A stretch of DNA of 64,000 nt from Bordetella parapertussis (GCA_945901405.1 CAMDLH010000007.1:3471-67470), one strand, 5' to 3'. Positions 47,402 to 56,106 are shown, counted from the stretch's first letter. Made by a program: numbers and translations. Notes: a model not told the origin generated them from the letters alone.

Positions 47402-48418
47402 ATGTACACAAAGATGACTGATACCGTGCGTGAAGTCAGCGCCTATCGCGCGCCGCGCTGGCTGCCCGGCGGCCACGCGCAAACCATTTCCGCCGCGACG
47501 TGGGTGCGGCGCGTGGAAGTTGCTTACTGGCGCGAGCGCTGGGAGACGCCGGATTTCGATTTCATCGATCTGGATTGGGTCGACAACCCCGCGCACGAAT
47601 TGAAGCTGGATCAGCAGGACGAAGTGCCGCTGGTGGTGCTGTTTCACGGGCTCGAAGGCAGCTCGAACAGTCACTACGCGCGCAGCCTCATGCATACGGT
47701 GAATGCGCGCGGCTGGCGCGGCGTGGTGGTGCATTTTCGCGGTTGCAGCGGCGAGATGAATCGTCTGCCGCGCGCCTATCACTCGGGCGATAGCGCCGAG
47801 ATCGACTGGATTTTGCGCCGCTTGCGCGGCACGCGCGCAAGCCCGATATTTGCCTTCGGCGTGTCACTCGGCGGCAACGCACTGCTCAAATGGCTGGGTG
47901 AGCAAGGCCACGCGGCGCGCGGCGTCATCACGCGCGCGGCGGCGGTGTCGGCCCCCGTCGATCTCGCAGCCGCAGGCGATGCGCTGGGGCGCGGCATGAA
48001 CATGATCTACACGCGCAATTTTCTGGCGACGATGAAAACCAAGACACTGGCCAAGATGAAGCGCTACCCCGCGCTGTGCGACCGGCGCCGCATGCAGGCC
48101 GCGCGCACCCTGCGCGAGTTCGACAATATCGTCACCGCGCCGCTGCACGGCTTTCGCGACACCGATGATTACTGGGCACGCGCCAGCAGCAAGCCGCTGC
48201 TGAAAAACATCACCGTGCCGACACTGCTGCTCAATGCGCGAAACGATCCTTTTCTGCCCGAATCCGCATTGCCCAAGCCCAATGAACTCTCGCCCGCGAT
48301 CACGGCGGAGTTTCCGCGCGAAGGCGGCCACGCCGGATTCGTTACCGGGCCGTTTCCAGGGCAGGCGCATTGGCTGGCGCAACGGCTGCTTGCGCACGCC
48401 ACAGATGAGTTAACGTAA
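47402..48418 (+). CDS. YheT-like alpha/beta hydrolase (AB hydrolase 4 family)
   Basis: Colinear with remembered E. coli YheT: GHAQT, DFIDLDW, VVLFHGLEGSSNSHYA, HFRGCSGE.NR..R.YHSGD, GVSLGGN, REFD..VTAPLHGF and GGHAGF. Confidence 0.85.
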   Translation: MYTKMTDTVREVSAYRAPRWLPGGHAQTISAATWVRRVEVAYWRERWETPDFDFIDLDWVDNPAHELKLDQQDEVPLVVLFHGLEGSSNSHYARSLMHTVNARGWRGVVVHFRGCSGEMNRLPRAYHSGDSAEIDWILRRLRGTRASPIFAFGVSLGGNALLKWLGEQGHAARGVITRAAAVSAPVDLAAAGDALGRGMNMIYTRNFLATMKTKTLAKMKRYPALCDRRRMQAARTLREFDNIVTAPLHGFRDTDDYWARASSKPLLKNITVPTLLLNARNDPFLPESALPKPNELSPAITAEFPREGGHAGFVTGPFPGQAHWLAQRLLAHATDELT

Positions 48419-48429
48419 GTAAGAATTAA

Positions 48430-48450
48430 CGTAAGTTATTGTTTTTATTA
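48430..48450 (+). promoter_or_regulatory. AT-rich 20-mer motif instance (CGTAAGTTATTGTTTTTATTA), also readable as a sigma70-like promoter
   Basis: TTGTTT-N16-TATAAC can be read across it, about 50-75 nt upstream of the ECF sigma ORF. A half-copy (taacgtaagta) lies immediately 5' at 48411-48421. Confidence 0.5.
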
Positions 48451-48524
48451 CGTTTTTTATTATAACTTCCCAGCACATCCAGTTCACCCGCCGTTGCGTA
48501 GAGCGATCACAACATTCGAGCACG

Positions 48525-49247
48525 GTGGCTTTTATGTCTGCATCTCTCGCGCAAGAGGGGTTTTCTGCACTGTGGACGGACGCGCCCCCGCGTGCGCCGG
48601 GCGTTGCTAAACTGCCCGCGATGCACGCGCCCAATGCAACTGCCACCGAAACCGCCCAGGCATCCGCCCACAAGCAGGACGCCGCGTTGCGCCAGTGGGC
48701 CGCTGCGATCGCGGCGCGCGACGAACAAGCGCTGGGCGCGTTTTACGACGCAACGGTAAGCCGCGTTTACGGCATGGCGCTGCGCATCATGCGCGATCCG
48801 CATTCCGCGGAAGAAGTCACGGGCGATGTTTATTTTCAGGTTTGGCGCAACGCGGGCCGTTATGACCGGTCGCGCGGCGCCGTCATGGCGTGGCTGCTCA
48901 CCATCTGCCGCAGCCGCGCGCTGGATCATTTGCGGCGCGGCGACGAAGCCGATGTGCATCCCGATCCGCATTCGCTGGTCACGCCTGACGCCGGCGAAGC
49001 TGACGATAGCGGCGAATCGCTGCTCGCCGGCGCACGCGATCATCGCGCGCTGCATGCGGCACTGAACGAACTCTCACCGCTGCAACGCCAACTCGTGGCG
49101 CTCGCTTTCTTTCGCGGGTTGTCGCACCAGGAAATCTCCGATCACGCCAAAATTCCGCTCGGCAGCGTCAAGAGCCATATACGCAAGGCTCTGAAAAAAC
49201 TGCGCGAGCATTTGCCCGAGGCCATGGCCGCGGGAGAGCTATCATGA
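48525..49247 (+). CDS. ECF-type RNA polymerase sigma-70 family factor
   Basis: Region 2 (VYGMALRIMRDPHSAEEVTGDVYFQVW) and region 4 (LSPLQRQLVALAFFRGLSHQEISDHAKIPLGSVKSHIRKAL). The true start may be an internal Met (for example 48621). Confidence 0.88.
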   Translation: MAFMSASLAQEGFSALWTDAPPRAPGVAKLPAMHAPNATATETAQASAHKQDAALRQWAAAIAARDEQALGAFYDATVSRVYGMALRIMRDPHSAEEVTGDVYFQVWRNAGRYDRSRGAVMAWLLTICRSRALDHLRRGDEADVHPDPHSLVTPDAGEADDSGESLLAGARDHRALHAALNELSPLQRQLVALAFFRGLSHQEISDHAKIPLGSVKSHIRKALKKLREHLPEAMAAGELS

Positions 49248-49735
49248 AAACCGCCTTGAAAAAATCCCCCAAGCCCGCCAGCCGCGACGTACTGCCCGCG
49301 GACATCATCCGGCAACTTTTGCTCGCCTCCCCAGCGCAAGCGCCCGTACCCGCTCGCGCCGCCGCGATCAGGCAAAATTTGCTCGCGCGCGTGAGCAACA
49401 AGCAAAGCGATCCGTTCGTCACCGTCGCCGCGCAAAGCGATGGCTTTGTGCCTTTGGCGCCGCTGATCGAAACCAAGGTGCTTTCCAGCGACGGCAAATA
49501 TTTCTCCATACTGCTGCGCATGCAGCCGGGCGCGGCGCTGCCCGCGCACAGCCACGGCGACGACGAGGAATGCGTGGTGCTCGAAGGCGAGGCGTATCTC
49601 GGCGGCACGCGCGTGCGCGCCGGCGATTACCATCTGGCGCGCAAGGGTTCCGATCACGGCGTCGTGCGCTCGGATACCGGCGCGCTGCTGTTCCTGCGCA
49701 CGACGGTGAATATGTCACGTTACATGCAACGCTGA
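49244..49735 (+). CDS. ChrR-like cupin-domain protein, probable anti-sigma factor
   Basis: ATGA overlap with the sigma gene. The C-terminal cupin LPAHSHGDDEECVVLEGE resembles the ChrR C-domain. The N-terminal 60 aa contain no His/Cys zinc motif. Confidence 0.65.
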   Translation: MKTALKKSPKPASRDVLPADIIRQLLLASPAQAPVPARAAAIRQNLLARVSNKQSDPFVTVAAQSDGFVPLAPLIETKVLSSDGKYFSILLRMQPGAALPAHSHGDDEECVVLEGEAYLGGTRVRAGDYHLARKGSDHGVVRSDTGALLFLRTTVNMSRYMQR

Positions 49736-49777
49736 GGATTCGTGGCGCGCAGGGAGCGAGTTATAATCGCACCCGCC

Positions 49778-51193
49778 ATGAATACACAACACGATTCTTC
49801 CCGCTCCACGCCGGCCCGGTTCGTACCCGCGCCGGAAATTTTCAAAGCCTACGACATCCGCGGCATCGTCGGTCGCACGCTGACAGCGCAGGCGGTGGAG
49901 GCCATAGGCCACGCCATCGGCTCCGAAGCGCTGGCGCGCAAACAGACCGCGGTGGCCATCGGCCGCGACGGACGCGAATCCGGCCCCGAACTCGCGGCTG
50001 CGCTGGCGCGTGGTTTGCAGGCCAGCGGCATCGATGTCATCGATGTCGGCATGGTGGCAACCCCCATGCTCTACTTCACCGCGTATCAACTGAACACACT
50101 CTCCGGCGTGATGGTCACCGGCTCGCACAATCCGCCCGAATACAACGGGCTGAAAATGATGCTGGGCGGCGACACGCTGGCTGGCGACACCATACAGGCG
50201 CTGCGTGCACGCATCGAGCGCAATGACCTCACACACGGCAAGGGTGGCTATCACGCCCACGACATACGCGAGGAATATCTGAATCGCGTCACCAGTGATG
50301 TGAAGCTCGCGCGGCCGCTGAAGATCGCGGTCGATTGCGGCAACGGCGTCGCGGGCGCATTCGCACCCGATCTGTATCGCCGCCTCGGCTGCGAGGTGCA
50401 CGAGCTTTTTTGCGACGTGGACAGCCGCTTTCCGAATCACCATCCCGATCCGTCGCAGCCGAAAAACCTGCAAGACCTGATCGCCGCGTTAAAGGCGGGC
50501 AAGGCGGACATCGGTCTCGCCTTCGACGGCGATGGCGACCGGCTCGGCGTGGTGACCAAAACCGGCAACATCATTTACCCCGACCGCCAGTTGATGCTGT
50601 TCGCGGCGGACGTACTGTCGCGCAACCCCAACGGCGAAATCATCTTTGACGTGAAATCCACGCGCCATTTGTTTGCGTGGATACGCAAGCACGGCGGCAG
50701 GCCGACGTTATGGAAAACCGGCCACTCGTTCGTCAAGGCGAAATTGAAGGAGACCGGCGCGCTGCTCGCGGGCGAAATGAGCGGCCACGTGTTTTTCAAG
50801 GAGCGCTGGTACGGCTTTGATGATGCGCTGTACGCCGGCGCGCGGCTGCTGGAAATTTTGTCGAAGGTGACCGATATCACCTCCACGCTTGAATCATTGC
50901 CCAACGCGGTCAGCACGCCGGAACTGCACGTCGACACCTTGGAGGGCGAAAACTACACGCTGATGGATAAACTCAAAAGCAGCGCGAAGTTTGAAGGCTG
51001 CGAAGAGATCATCACCATCGATGGCATGCGCGTCGAATACGCCGACGGCTTTGGCCTCGCGCGGCCGTCGAATACCACGCCGGTAATCGTGTTGAGATTC
51101 GAGGCCGATAACGAAGCGGCGCTAAAACGCATACAAGCGGATTTTCGCCGCGCGCTGACGGCGGTGAAGGCGGATATCAAGCTGCCGTTTTAG
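49778..51193 (+). CDS. Phosphomannomutase/phosphoglucomutase (AlgC-type)
   Basis: VTGSHNPPEYNG (active-site Ser loop), FDGDGDRLG (metal loop), GEMSGH and RPSNTTP are present. Confidence 0.92.
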   Translation: MNTQHDSSRSTPARFVPAPEIFKAYDIRGIVGRTLTAQAVEAIGHAIGSEALARKQTAVAIGRDGRESGPELAAALARGLQASGIDVIDVGMVATPMLYFTAYQLNTLSGVMVTGSHNPPEYNGLKMMLGGDTLAGDTIQALRARIERNDLTHGKGGYHAHDIREEYLNRVTSDVKLARPLKIAVDCGNGVAGAFAPDLYRRLGCEVHELFCDVDSRFPNHHPDPSQPKNLQDLIAALKAGKADIGLAFDGDGDRLGVVTKTGNIIYPDRQLMLFAADVLSRNPNGEIIFDVKSTRHLFAWIRKHGGRPTLWKTGHSFVKAKLKETGALLAGEMSGHVFFKERWYGFDDALYAGARLLEILSKVTDITSTLESLPNAVSTPELHVDTLEGENYTLMDKLKSSAKFEGCEEIITIDGMRVEYADGFGLARPSNTTPVIVLRFEADNEAALKRIQADFRRALTAVKADIKLPF

Positions 51194-51196
51194 CCA

Positions 51197-51297
51197 CAGG
51201 AAAACTGTTTTTTGACGCGAATTAACGCAGATATTCTCGGACGAACCCCGGAACAATCTGCGTCTATCCGCGCAAATCCGCGTCAAGGATTTTCCTG
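51197..51297. repeat. Repeat-of-repeats palindrome P5 (ACGCAGAT / GCGGAT units)
   Basis: Outer stem is caggaaaa/ttttcctg. Inner arms are ttgacgcgaattaacgcagat and atctgcgtctatccgcgcaaatccgcgtcaa. Lies between convergent genes. Confidence 0.8.
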
Positions 51298-51299
51298 CA

Positions 51300-52268
51300 T
51301 TACGGCTTGTTCGCCAGCCCCAGTTCCTTGATGAACCGCTCCACGTCGGGCTTGATCGCGGTCATGTAGCGTCCGAGCTCGGCGCCGTTCATGTAAGTGT
51401 CTTCGTAGTAGTTGCGTCGCATGTAGTCGCGCCACACCGCCGACTTGTAGACTTTCTCGAATGCGGATTCGAGCATCGCAGCGGCGTCCTTCGATATCCC
51501 GGCGGGCGACATAAAACCGCGGCCCGCGCCCACTTGCAGATCGTAGCCCGCCTCCTTCAGCGTGGGCACGTCGGGCAGCGCGGCAACGCGCTTTTGCGAT
51601 GCGACCGCCAGCACGCGCACGCGTCCCGACTCGATGTATTGCGTCATCTCGGCGAGCTGCTCGCCGGTGGCGTGCACATGCCCGCCCAGCGCGGTGGTGA
51701 CGGCTTCGGCGCCGCTTTTCATGTGCACCACGTTAAAGCGCACGCCGGCCAATTGCTCCAGCCGGAACGGCAGGTAATGGCTGCCGCTGCCCACGGACCC
51801 CACTGAGATGGTAACGCCCTTGGGATTGGCGCGCGCCGCGTCGACGAGTTCCTTCACCGTGCGATACGGTGATTCGGCGCGCACCGCGATGCTATTGATG
51901 TCGAACCCCAGCAGCCCCAGCGGATGAAACTTATCCAGCCCGGTGTCGGTGCCGTTGCGTATCGGTATCGCCACCATCAGCGACGCCGCGATGGCATACA
52001 CGGTATACGGGTCGCCGCGTTTGCCCGCCACGTAATTCTGTGCGATGGCACCGCCGCCGCCCGCCTTGTTCATGATTATGGCTGGCGCCGGCAACAACTT
52101 GTCCTTGGCCATGATGTCGGCCACCACGCGCGTAAAAATATCCGAGCCGCCGCCCGGCCCGGTGTGCACGATAAACTCGAGGGGTTTGGTGGGGAACGAT
52201 TGCGCGTGCGCCGGCGCGACAAGCGCCGCCGCTACGATCGAGAAAACTGCCAGTGTTGCTTTCATCAT
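51300..52268 (-). CDS. TctC-type tripartite tricarboxylate transporter substrate-binding protein
   Basis: 322 aa. Signal AHAQ, then FPTKPLEFIVHTGPGGGSD and NKAGGGGA. A more divergent branch of the same superfamily. Confidence 0.85.
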   Translation of the reverse strand: MMKATLAVFSIVAAALVAPAHAQSFPTKPLEFIVHTGPGGGSDIFTRVVADIMAKDKLLPAPAIIMNKAGGGGAIAQNYVAGKRGDPYTVYAIAASLMVAIPIRNGTDTGLDKFHPLGLLGFDINSIAVRAESPYRTVKELVDAARANPKGVTISVGSVGSGSHYLPFRLEQLAGVRFNVVHMKSGAEAVTTALGGHVHATGEQLAEMTQYIESGRVRVLAVASQKRVAALPDVPTLKEAGYDLQVGAGRGFMSPAGISKDAAAMLESAFEKVYKSAVWRDYMRRNYYEDTYMNGAELGRYMTAIKPDVERFIKELGLANKP

Positions 52269-52297
52269 CGGCCGCCTGAATTGAGTTGTTAAAATAT

Positions 52298-52318
52298 TAA
52301 TAAAAACAATTACTTACG
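52298..52318 (-). promoter_or_regulatory. AT-rich 20-mer motif instance (CGTAAGTAATTGTTTTTATTA)
   Basis: Overlaps the last codons and stop of the cupin gene (..CGT AAG TAA) and lies about 30 nt upstream of the TctC start at 52268. Confidence 0.5.
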
Positions 52319-52747
52319 ATGCCTCTTCACCGCCGTCAGCGCCGACAGATTGAGATAGGTGTTATCACCGTTCATGCGGTAACGCCGCTTGCCGATGCGC
52401 GGGTAGTCGCACACATCGAGCGGCCAGCGGTTGCCGCCGACCAGATATACCAAATCGCGTTTGTTCGGATTGGTCATGCCATGCGGCTCGGAGCCGGCGG
52501 CAAAGCCCATGAAATCACCCGCGCCGATTTTGTGCTTCTTGCCGCCGATTTCGGCGATGCCGCGCCCGGAGAGGATGTAAACCCACTCTTCATCCTGATG
52601 ATGAAAATGATACTCGGTGCTTTCATCACCCTGCTTCAGGCGCACCAGATGCACGCCGATTGTGGACAGCCCGCACGCGTCTCCGAGGGAGCGCGTGTAA
52701 CGCACCGCGCCTGGATTCAAGAAATGCACGAACTTGTCTTCCTTCAT
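52310..52747 (-). CDS. Cupin domain protein
   Basis: ATG 52747. HFHHQDEEWVYILSGRG...GDF...HG is a classic cupin motif pair. Confidence 0.8.
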   Translation of the reverse strand: MKEDKFVHFLNPGAVRYTRSLGDACGLSTIGVHLVRLKQGDESTEYHFHHQDEEWVYILSGRGIAEIGGKKHKIGAGDFMGFAAGSEPHGMTNPNKRDLVYLVGGNRWPLDVCDYPRIGKRRYRMNGDNTYLNLSALTAVKRHRK

Positions 52748-52826
52748 GCGGCGTATCGCGCAGGCGCCGAGCAGCGCCGGTTTGTTTTTTGTCTCTGCCA
52801 AGATGAGGGCTCCTTTTGGCGTGATG

Positions 52827-54419
52827 CTACTGGCCGGCAAGTTTCATCAGCGGGCCGTAGTCGGCGGCAACACCGTGCCCGCCCGCGAAGCGCGTGGGCG
52901 AAATCCCCGCTTGCCGCACGGCATTCACCAGCGCTTGCAGCGGTGACGTAATCTTGGCGGGCAGCGGTGGCCCCGGGATCCAGATGTCGGTGACGTAACC
53001 GATGCGCGCGTCGGCGACATAACCGATCAGCGTGCTGCCCGCGTGCGGATTGTCGATAAGATGCGCCGACACTTCCCGCTTGCCGTCGTTGAACGCCTGC
53101 TTGTCTTTCACCTCGATGATTGTCGTGCCGGATAAATCGCGCGGCGCGAGATCGGGGTTGCGCGTGGTGGGCATCGCCAGCAGCTTGCGGTAATGCGCGC
53201 CCGCACCCGCGCCCACCACCAGCGTCGCGCCGTGCGCGGCATACGCGCGAAAGCCGCCGATGTGATCCATGTGATGATGCGTCAACACCAGATAACGAAT
53301 CGGTTTGTTGCCGTACTTGGCCTGCGCGGTGCGTATGGTCCAGTTCGATTGCCAATCGGACACCGGCGCATCGAACGCAATCAGGTAGTCGCGCATCTCG
53401 ACGATCAAGCCGTGATGCGTGCCGCCCACCTGATGCTGCACGCCGGGCGCGAGCTCCTGCAGGCGCAAGCCGGAGCCGGCCTGCGTGTCGTAACTCGCAT
53501 TGTCCGAATCCATGTAGGCGCCGATAAACTGGCGGCGCAGCACCCATTGGTACGGCACGTTGCCCGCGGCGGGTTTTGCCGCGCCCGCCTTGAACGCCGG
53601 CGGAATAACGATGCCGCCCGCGGGCAGCGCGGCATTCGGCGTCACCTGCGTGATGCGCGTGTCGATCACCGTGCGGCCGTTCAACTCGTATTTTTGCGAC
53701 ATCGCGACACGCACACCGCCGATGGTTTGCCAATCAGAAAATACCAGGTCGTAGTTGGAATCCCCCAGCACCGAGTCGTAATCGAGCGTGCGCACGCGCG
53801 CCGGCAAGCCGGTCTGCCCGTCGAACAGCACAATGAAATCAAAGTTGCCCGCGTTGTAGCGCAGCGCCGGATGCGACGTGCCGCTCACATCGACATCGTT
53901 GATGCGAGTGACGCGCGACGGATTGGCGCGCATCTCCAGCAGCAGCGACGGCGACGCACGGCGCAATTCACGGTGCGTGGCGGTGAGGCGCAGCCCCGAC
54001 ATGCCGTGCGCGGGCGGATTCGATTCCATGCTCTGCTTGTTGCGGCTATTGGAGTCGACACCCAGCACGTAGCCCGCATCGGGCGTGACGATCTCGCTGT
54101 ATTTGAAAGTGCGCGGCGTGGGGTAGGCAACATTTTTCACCCAGTCGGTGCGCGAGGCGTGGCCGGCGAAATCAACGAGCGTTTCAAACGTTGCTTCGGC
54201 GGCAAAGCGCGCCTCGCCGCCTGGCATCTGCGACTGCTCTGGCTCCCGGTATTTTGACGTGCCGCTGATCGACAGCGAACGCATGCCGCGCATTGCCTCC
54301 GCGCCGCCGAGTGCCGCGATTGCGCGATTGATCAACTCCTGTTCGCGCGACACCGAACCCGTGCCCGCGCACGCGGCTACAAAAAGCGAAACCAACACTA
54401 ACAACAATAAACGCTTCAT
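52827..54419 (-). CDS. MBL-fold metallo-hydrolase lipoprotein with a large N-terminal extension
   Basis: ATG 54419. Lipobox LFVAAC. The C-terminal half carries the MBL motif LTHHHMDHIGG. The first 300 aa or so are unassigned. Confidence 0.8.
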   Translation of the reverse strand: MKRLLLLVLVSLFVAACAGTGSVSREQELINRAIAALGGAEAMRGMRSLSISGTSKYREPEQSQMPGGEARFAAEATFETLVDFAGHASRTDWVKNVAYPTPRTFKYSEIVTPDAGYVLGVDSNSRNKQSMESNPPAHGMSGLRLTATHRELRRASPSLLLEMRANPSRVTRINDVDVSGTSHPALRYNAGNFDFIVLFDGQTGLPARVRTLDYDSVLGDSNYDLVFSDWQTIGGVRVAMSQKYELNGRTVIDTRITQVTPNAALPAGGIVIPPAFKAGAAKPAAGNVPYQWVLRRQFIGAYMDSDNASYDTQAGSGLRLQELAPGVQHQVGGTHHGLIVEMRDYLIAFDAPVSDWQSNWTIRTAQAKYGNKPIRYLVLTHHHMDHIGGFRAYAAHGATLVVGAGAGAHYRKLLAMPTTRNPDLAPRDLSGTTIIEVKDKQAFNDGKREVSAHLIDNPHAGSTLIGYVADARIGYVTDIWIPGPPLPAKITSPLQALVNAVRQAGISPTRFAGGHGVAADYGPLMKLAGQ

Positions 54420-54488
54420 GACTCCTTCTCGCATGATATTGAACGATCTGCTTGCGGCGCGATACTGGCTGCCGCCATTGCAGATTTA

Positions 54489-54510
54489 TTGTAAGTATTT
54501 GTTTTTAAAC
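54489..54510 (+). repeat. AT-rich 20-mer motif instance (TTGTAAGTATTTGTTTTTAAAC)
   Basis: Lies in the 179-nt gap between the thioesterase stop and the MBL start. It points away from the downstream gene, making it the exception among intergenic copies. Confidence 0.45.
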
Positions 54511-54598
54511 ATTCATTTATTTCACCATCACCGCAAGACAACATTACACTCCGGCGCCGCGGCACTTGCAAGCGTGCGCTGTACGCAACCAGGGCAGG

Positions 54599-55006
54599 CT
54601 AACCGCCAGCGATCTTGCGCTGCATGCGCTCATCGAAGCGGGCCACGTCGATGATGATGCGCTCGTGCGTGCCTTCGCCTATCGCTTCGCGTTCGTCCTC
54701 GGCGCGCAGACTGAATGTCAACGTGCGGCCCTCCACTTTCACAAGCTCGGCGTGCGCGCGCACTTTCATGCCGACGGGCGTGGCGGCGAAATGTTTGATC
54801 TCCAGCCGCGTGCCGACACTCTGCCGGCCCGGCGGCAGAAAACGCTCCACCGCCTGCAACGCCGCGGTTTCCATCAGCGTCACCATGATCGGCGTGGCAA
54901 GCACACCGATCTTGCCGCTGCCCACGTGCGCCGCCGTGTCACGCGTGCCGACGACGATTTCGACGGTGGCGGCGAGGCCGGGTATTAGTTCTTCAATGGA
55001 CGGCAT
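54599..55006 (-). CDS. Hotdog-fold thioesterase (FlK-like)
   Basis: 135 aa. HVGSG.IGVLATP.MV.LME.AA and G.H.R..I are typical of this thioesterase subfamily. Confidence 0.75.
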   Translation of the reverse strand: MPSIEELIPGLAATVEIVVGTRDTAAHVGSGKIGVLATPIMVTLMETAALQAVERFLPPGRQSVGTRLEIKHFAATPVGMKVRAHAELVKVEGRTLTFSLRAEDEREAIGEGTHERIIIDVARFDERMQRKIAGG

Positions 55007-55009
55007 GCG

Positions 55010-55369
55010 TCACATGAAATTACGAATGAATTCGTAGTAGCCGCGCTGGCCGCCATCGGAATGCCTGGCCACGGATCGTTTGACCTTTTCCAGACGCGCC
55101 AAATATTCGGCAAGCGTAAGGTCGTTGATCTTGCCGATGCGCTCATTGGCCACTTGCACGCACCATTCAATGATCCCCGCCGCGAGTGGATGCTTCGTGA
55201 CTTTTTGACTTTTGTTCATGCCGAATTGCTGGCGCACGGCGACACGCGCGTTTTCCAATGCAAAAACACAAACCGCGTCCGTCAAATCGGGATGGCGTTC
55301 GTATTCCTGCTTAAGTCCGAATTCGATGTTCTGCAATACATCAATGTGTTCATCGTCTACAAAAGCCAT
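55010..55369 (-). CDS. Hypothetical protein (119 aa)
   Basis: Clean ATG ORF, 3 nt from the thioesterase start. No recognisable motif. Confidence 0.55.
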   Translation of the reverse strand: MAFVDDEHIDVLQNIEFGLKQEYERHPDLTDAVCVFALENARVAVRQQFGMNKSQKVTKHPLAAGIIEWCVQVANERIGKINDLTLAEYLARLEKVKRSVARHSDGGQRGYYEFIRNFM

Positions 55370-55436
55370 TTATCGTCCTTTCCACGCAGGCGCAAAAATC
55401 GCCATTCAAAACGAGTGTGCCGCGCGCACGTTACGC

Positions 55437-56105
55437 CTAGGTAACACCCAACTCCGAACACAGTTTCGCAACGGTCGCCTTGAGATCAGCGACTTCGTCT
55501 TCCAGCCGCGCGACGTTGGCTTTCAGCGCGGCGAGTTCGCCCACGGTGACATCACCGCCGCTCGTTGCATTGACAGGCGCGGCGGCCGTTTCCACGGCGG
55601 GCGCGCCCGACAGCAAATGCGCCCAGCGATTTTCGCGCGACCCCGGCCGGCGCGGCAGCTCGACCACCAGCGCGCCCGCCGCGCGATCACGCAACTCGTG
55701 CAAAAAAGTTTCCACCGACGAGATATCGCTGAACTTGTGCAACCGCTCGCAGTTGATGCGCAGTTCGCCCGGCGTCTGCGGGCCGCGCAGCATCAGCATG
55801 GCGATGATCGCCACCGACTGCGATGGCAAATGCAGCACGCGCTCGACGTTGTGTTCATAGCGCGTTACGCGATTGCCGCTGCCCTCCATCACCAGTGACA
55901 AAAACTTGAGTTGATCGACAGCAGCCTGCACCTCGGCCTCGGTCGCGCTCAACACCGGATCGCGGCTGGTTTTCTGATTGCAGCCCGCCACCAGTGCATT
56001 CAGCGACAACGGATAGGTGTCGGGCACTGTGTGCTGTTTTTCAACCAGCACGCCGAGGACACGGGTTTCGAGCAGGGATAAAGTGGGGATAGTGTGTTGA
56101 GACAT
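55437..56105 (-). CDS. yceH: YceH family protein (DUF480)
   Basis: ATG 56105. LSLLETRVLGVLVEKQHTVPDTYPLSLNALVAGCNQKTSRDPV and RGPQTPGELR are YceH hallmarks. Confidence 0.88.
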   Translation of the reverse strand: MSQHTIPTLSLLETRVLGVLVEKQHTVPDTYPLSLNALVAGCNQKTSRDPVLSATEAEVQAAVDQLKFLSLVMEGSGNRVTRYEHNVERVLHLPSQSVAIIAMLMLRGPQTPGELRINCERLHKFSDISSVETFLHELRDRAAGALVVELPRRPGSRENRWAHLLSGAPAVETAAAPVNATSGGDVTVGELAALKANVARLEDEVADLKATVAKLCSELGVT

Positions 56106-56106
56106 A

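Noticed and set aside
8594-54510. The AT-rich 20-mer could be a DNA uptake signal sequence.
   Set aside because: Uptake sequences are spread through coding DNA roughly in proportion to coding density. Here the copies are strongly concentrated in the small intergenic fraction and oriented toward starts. This remains untested without genome-wide counts.
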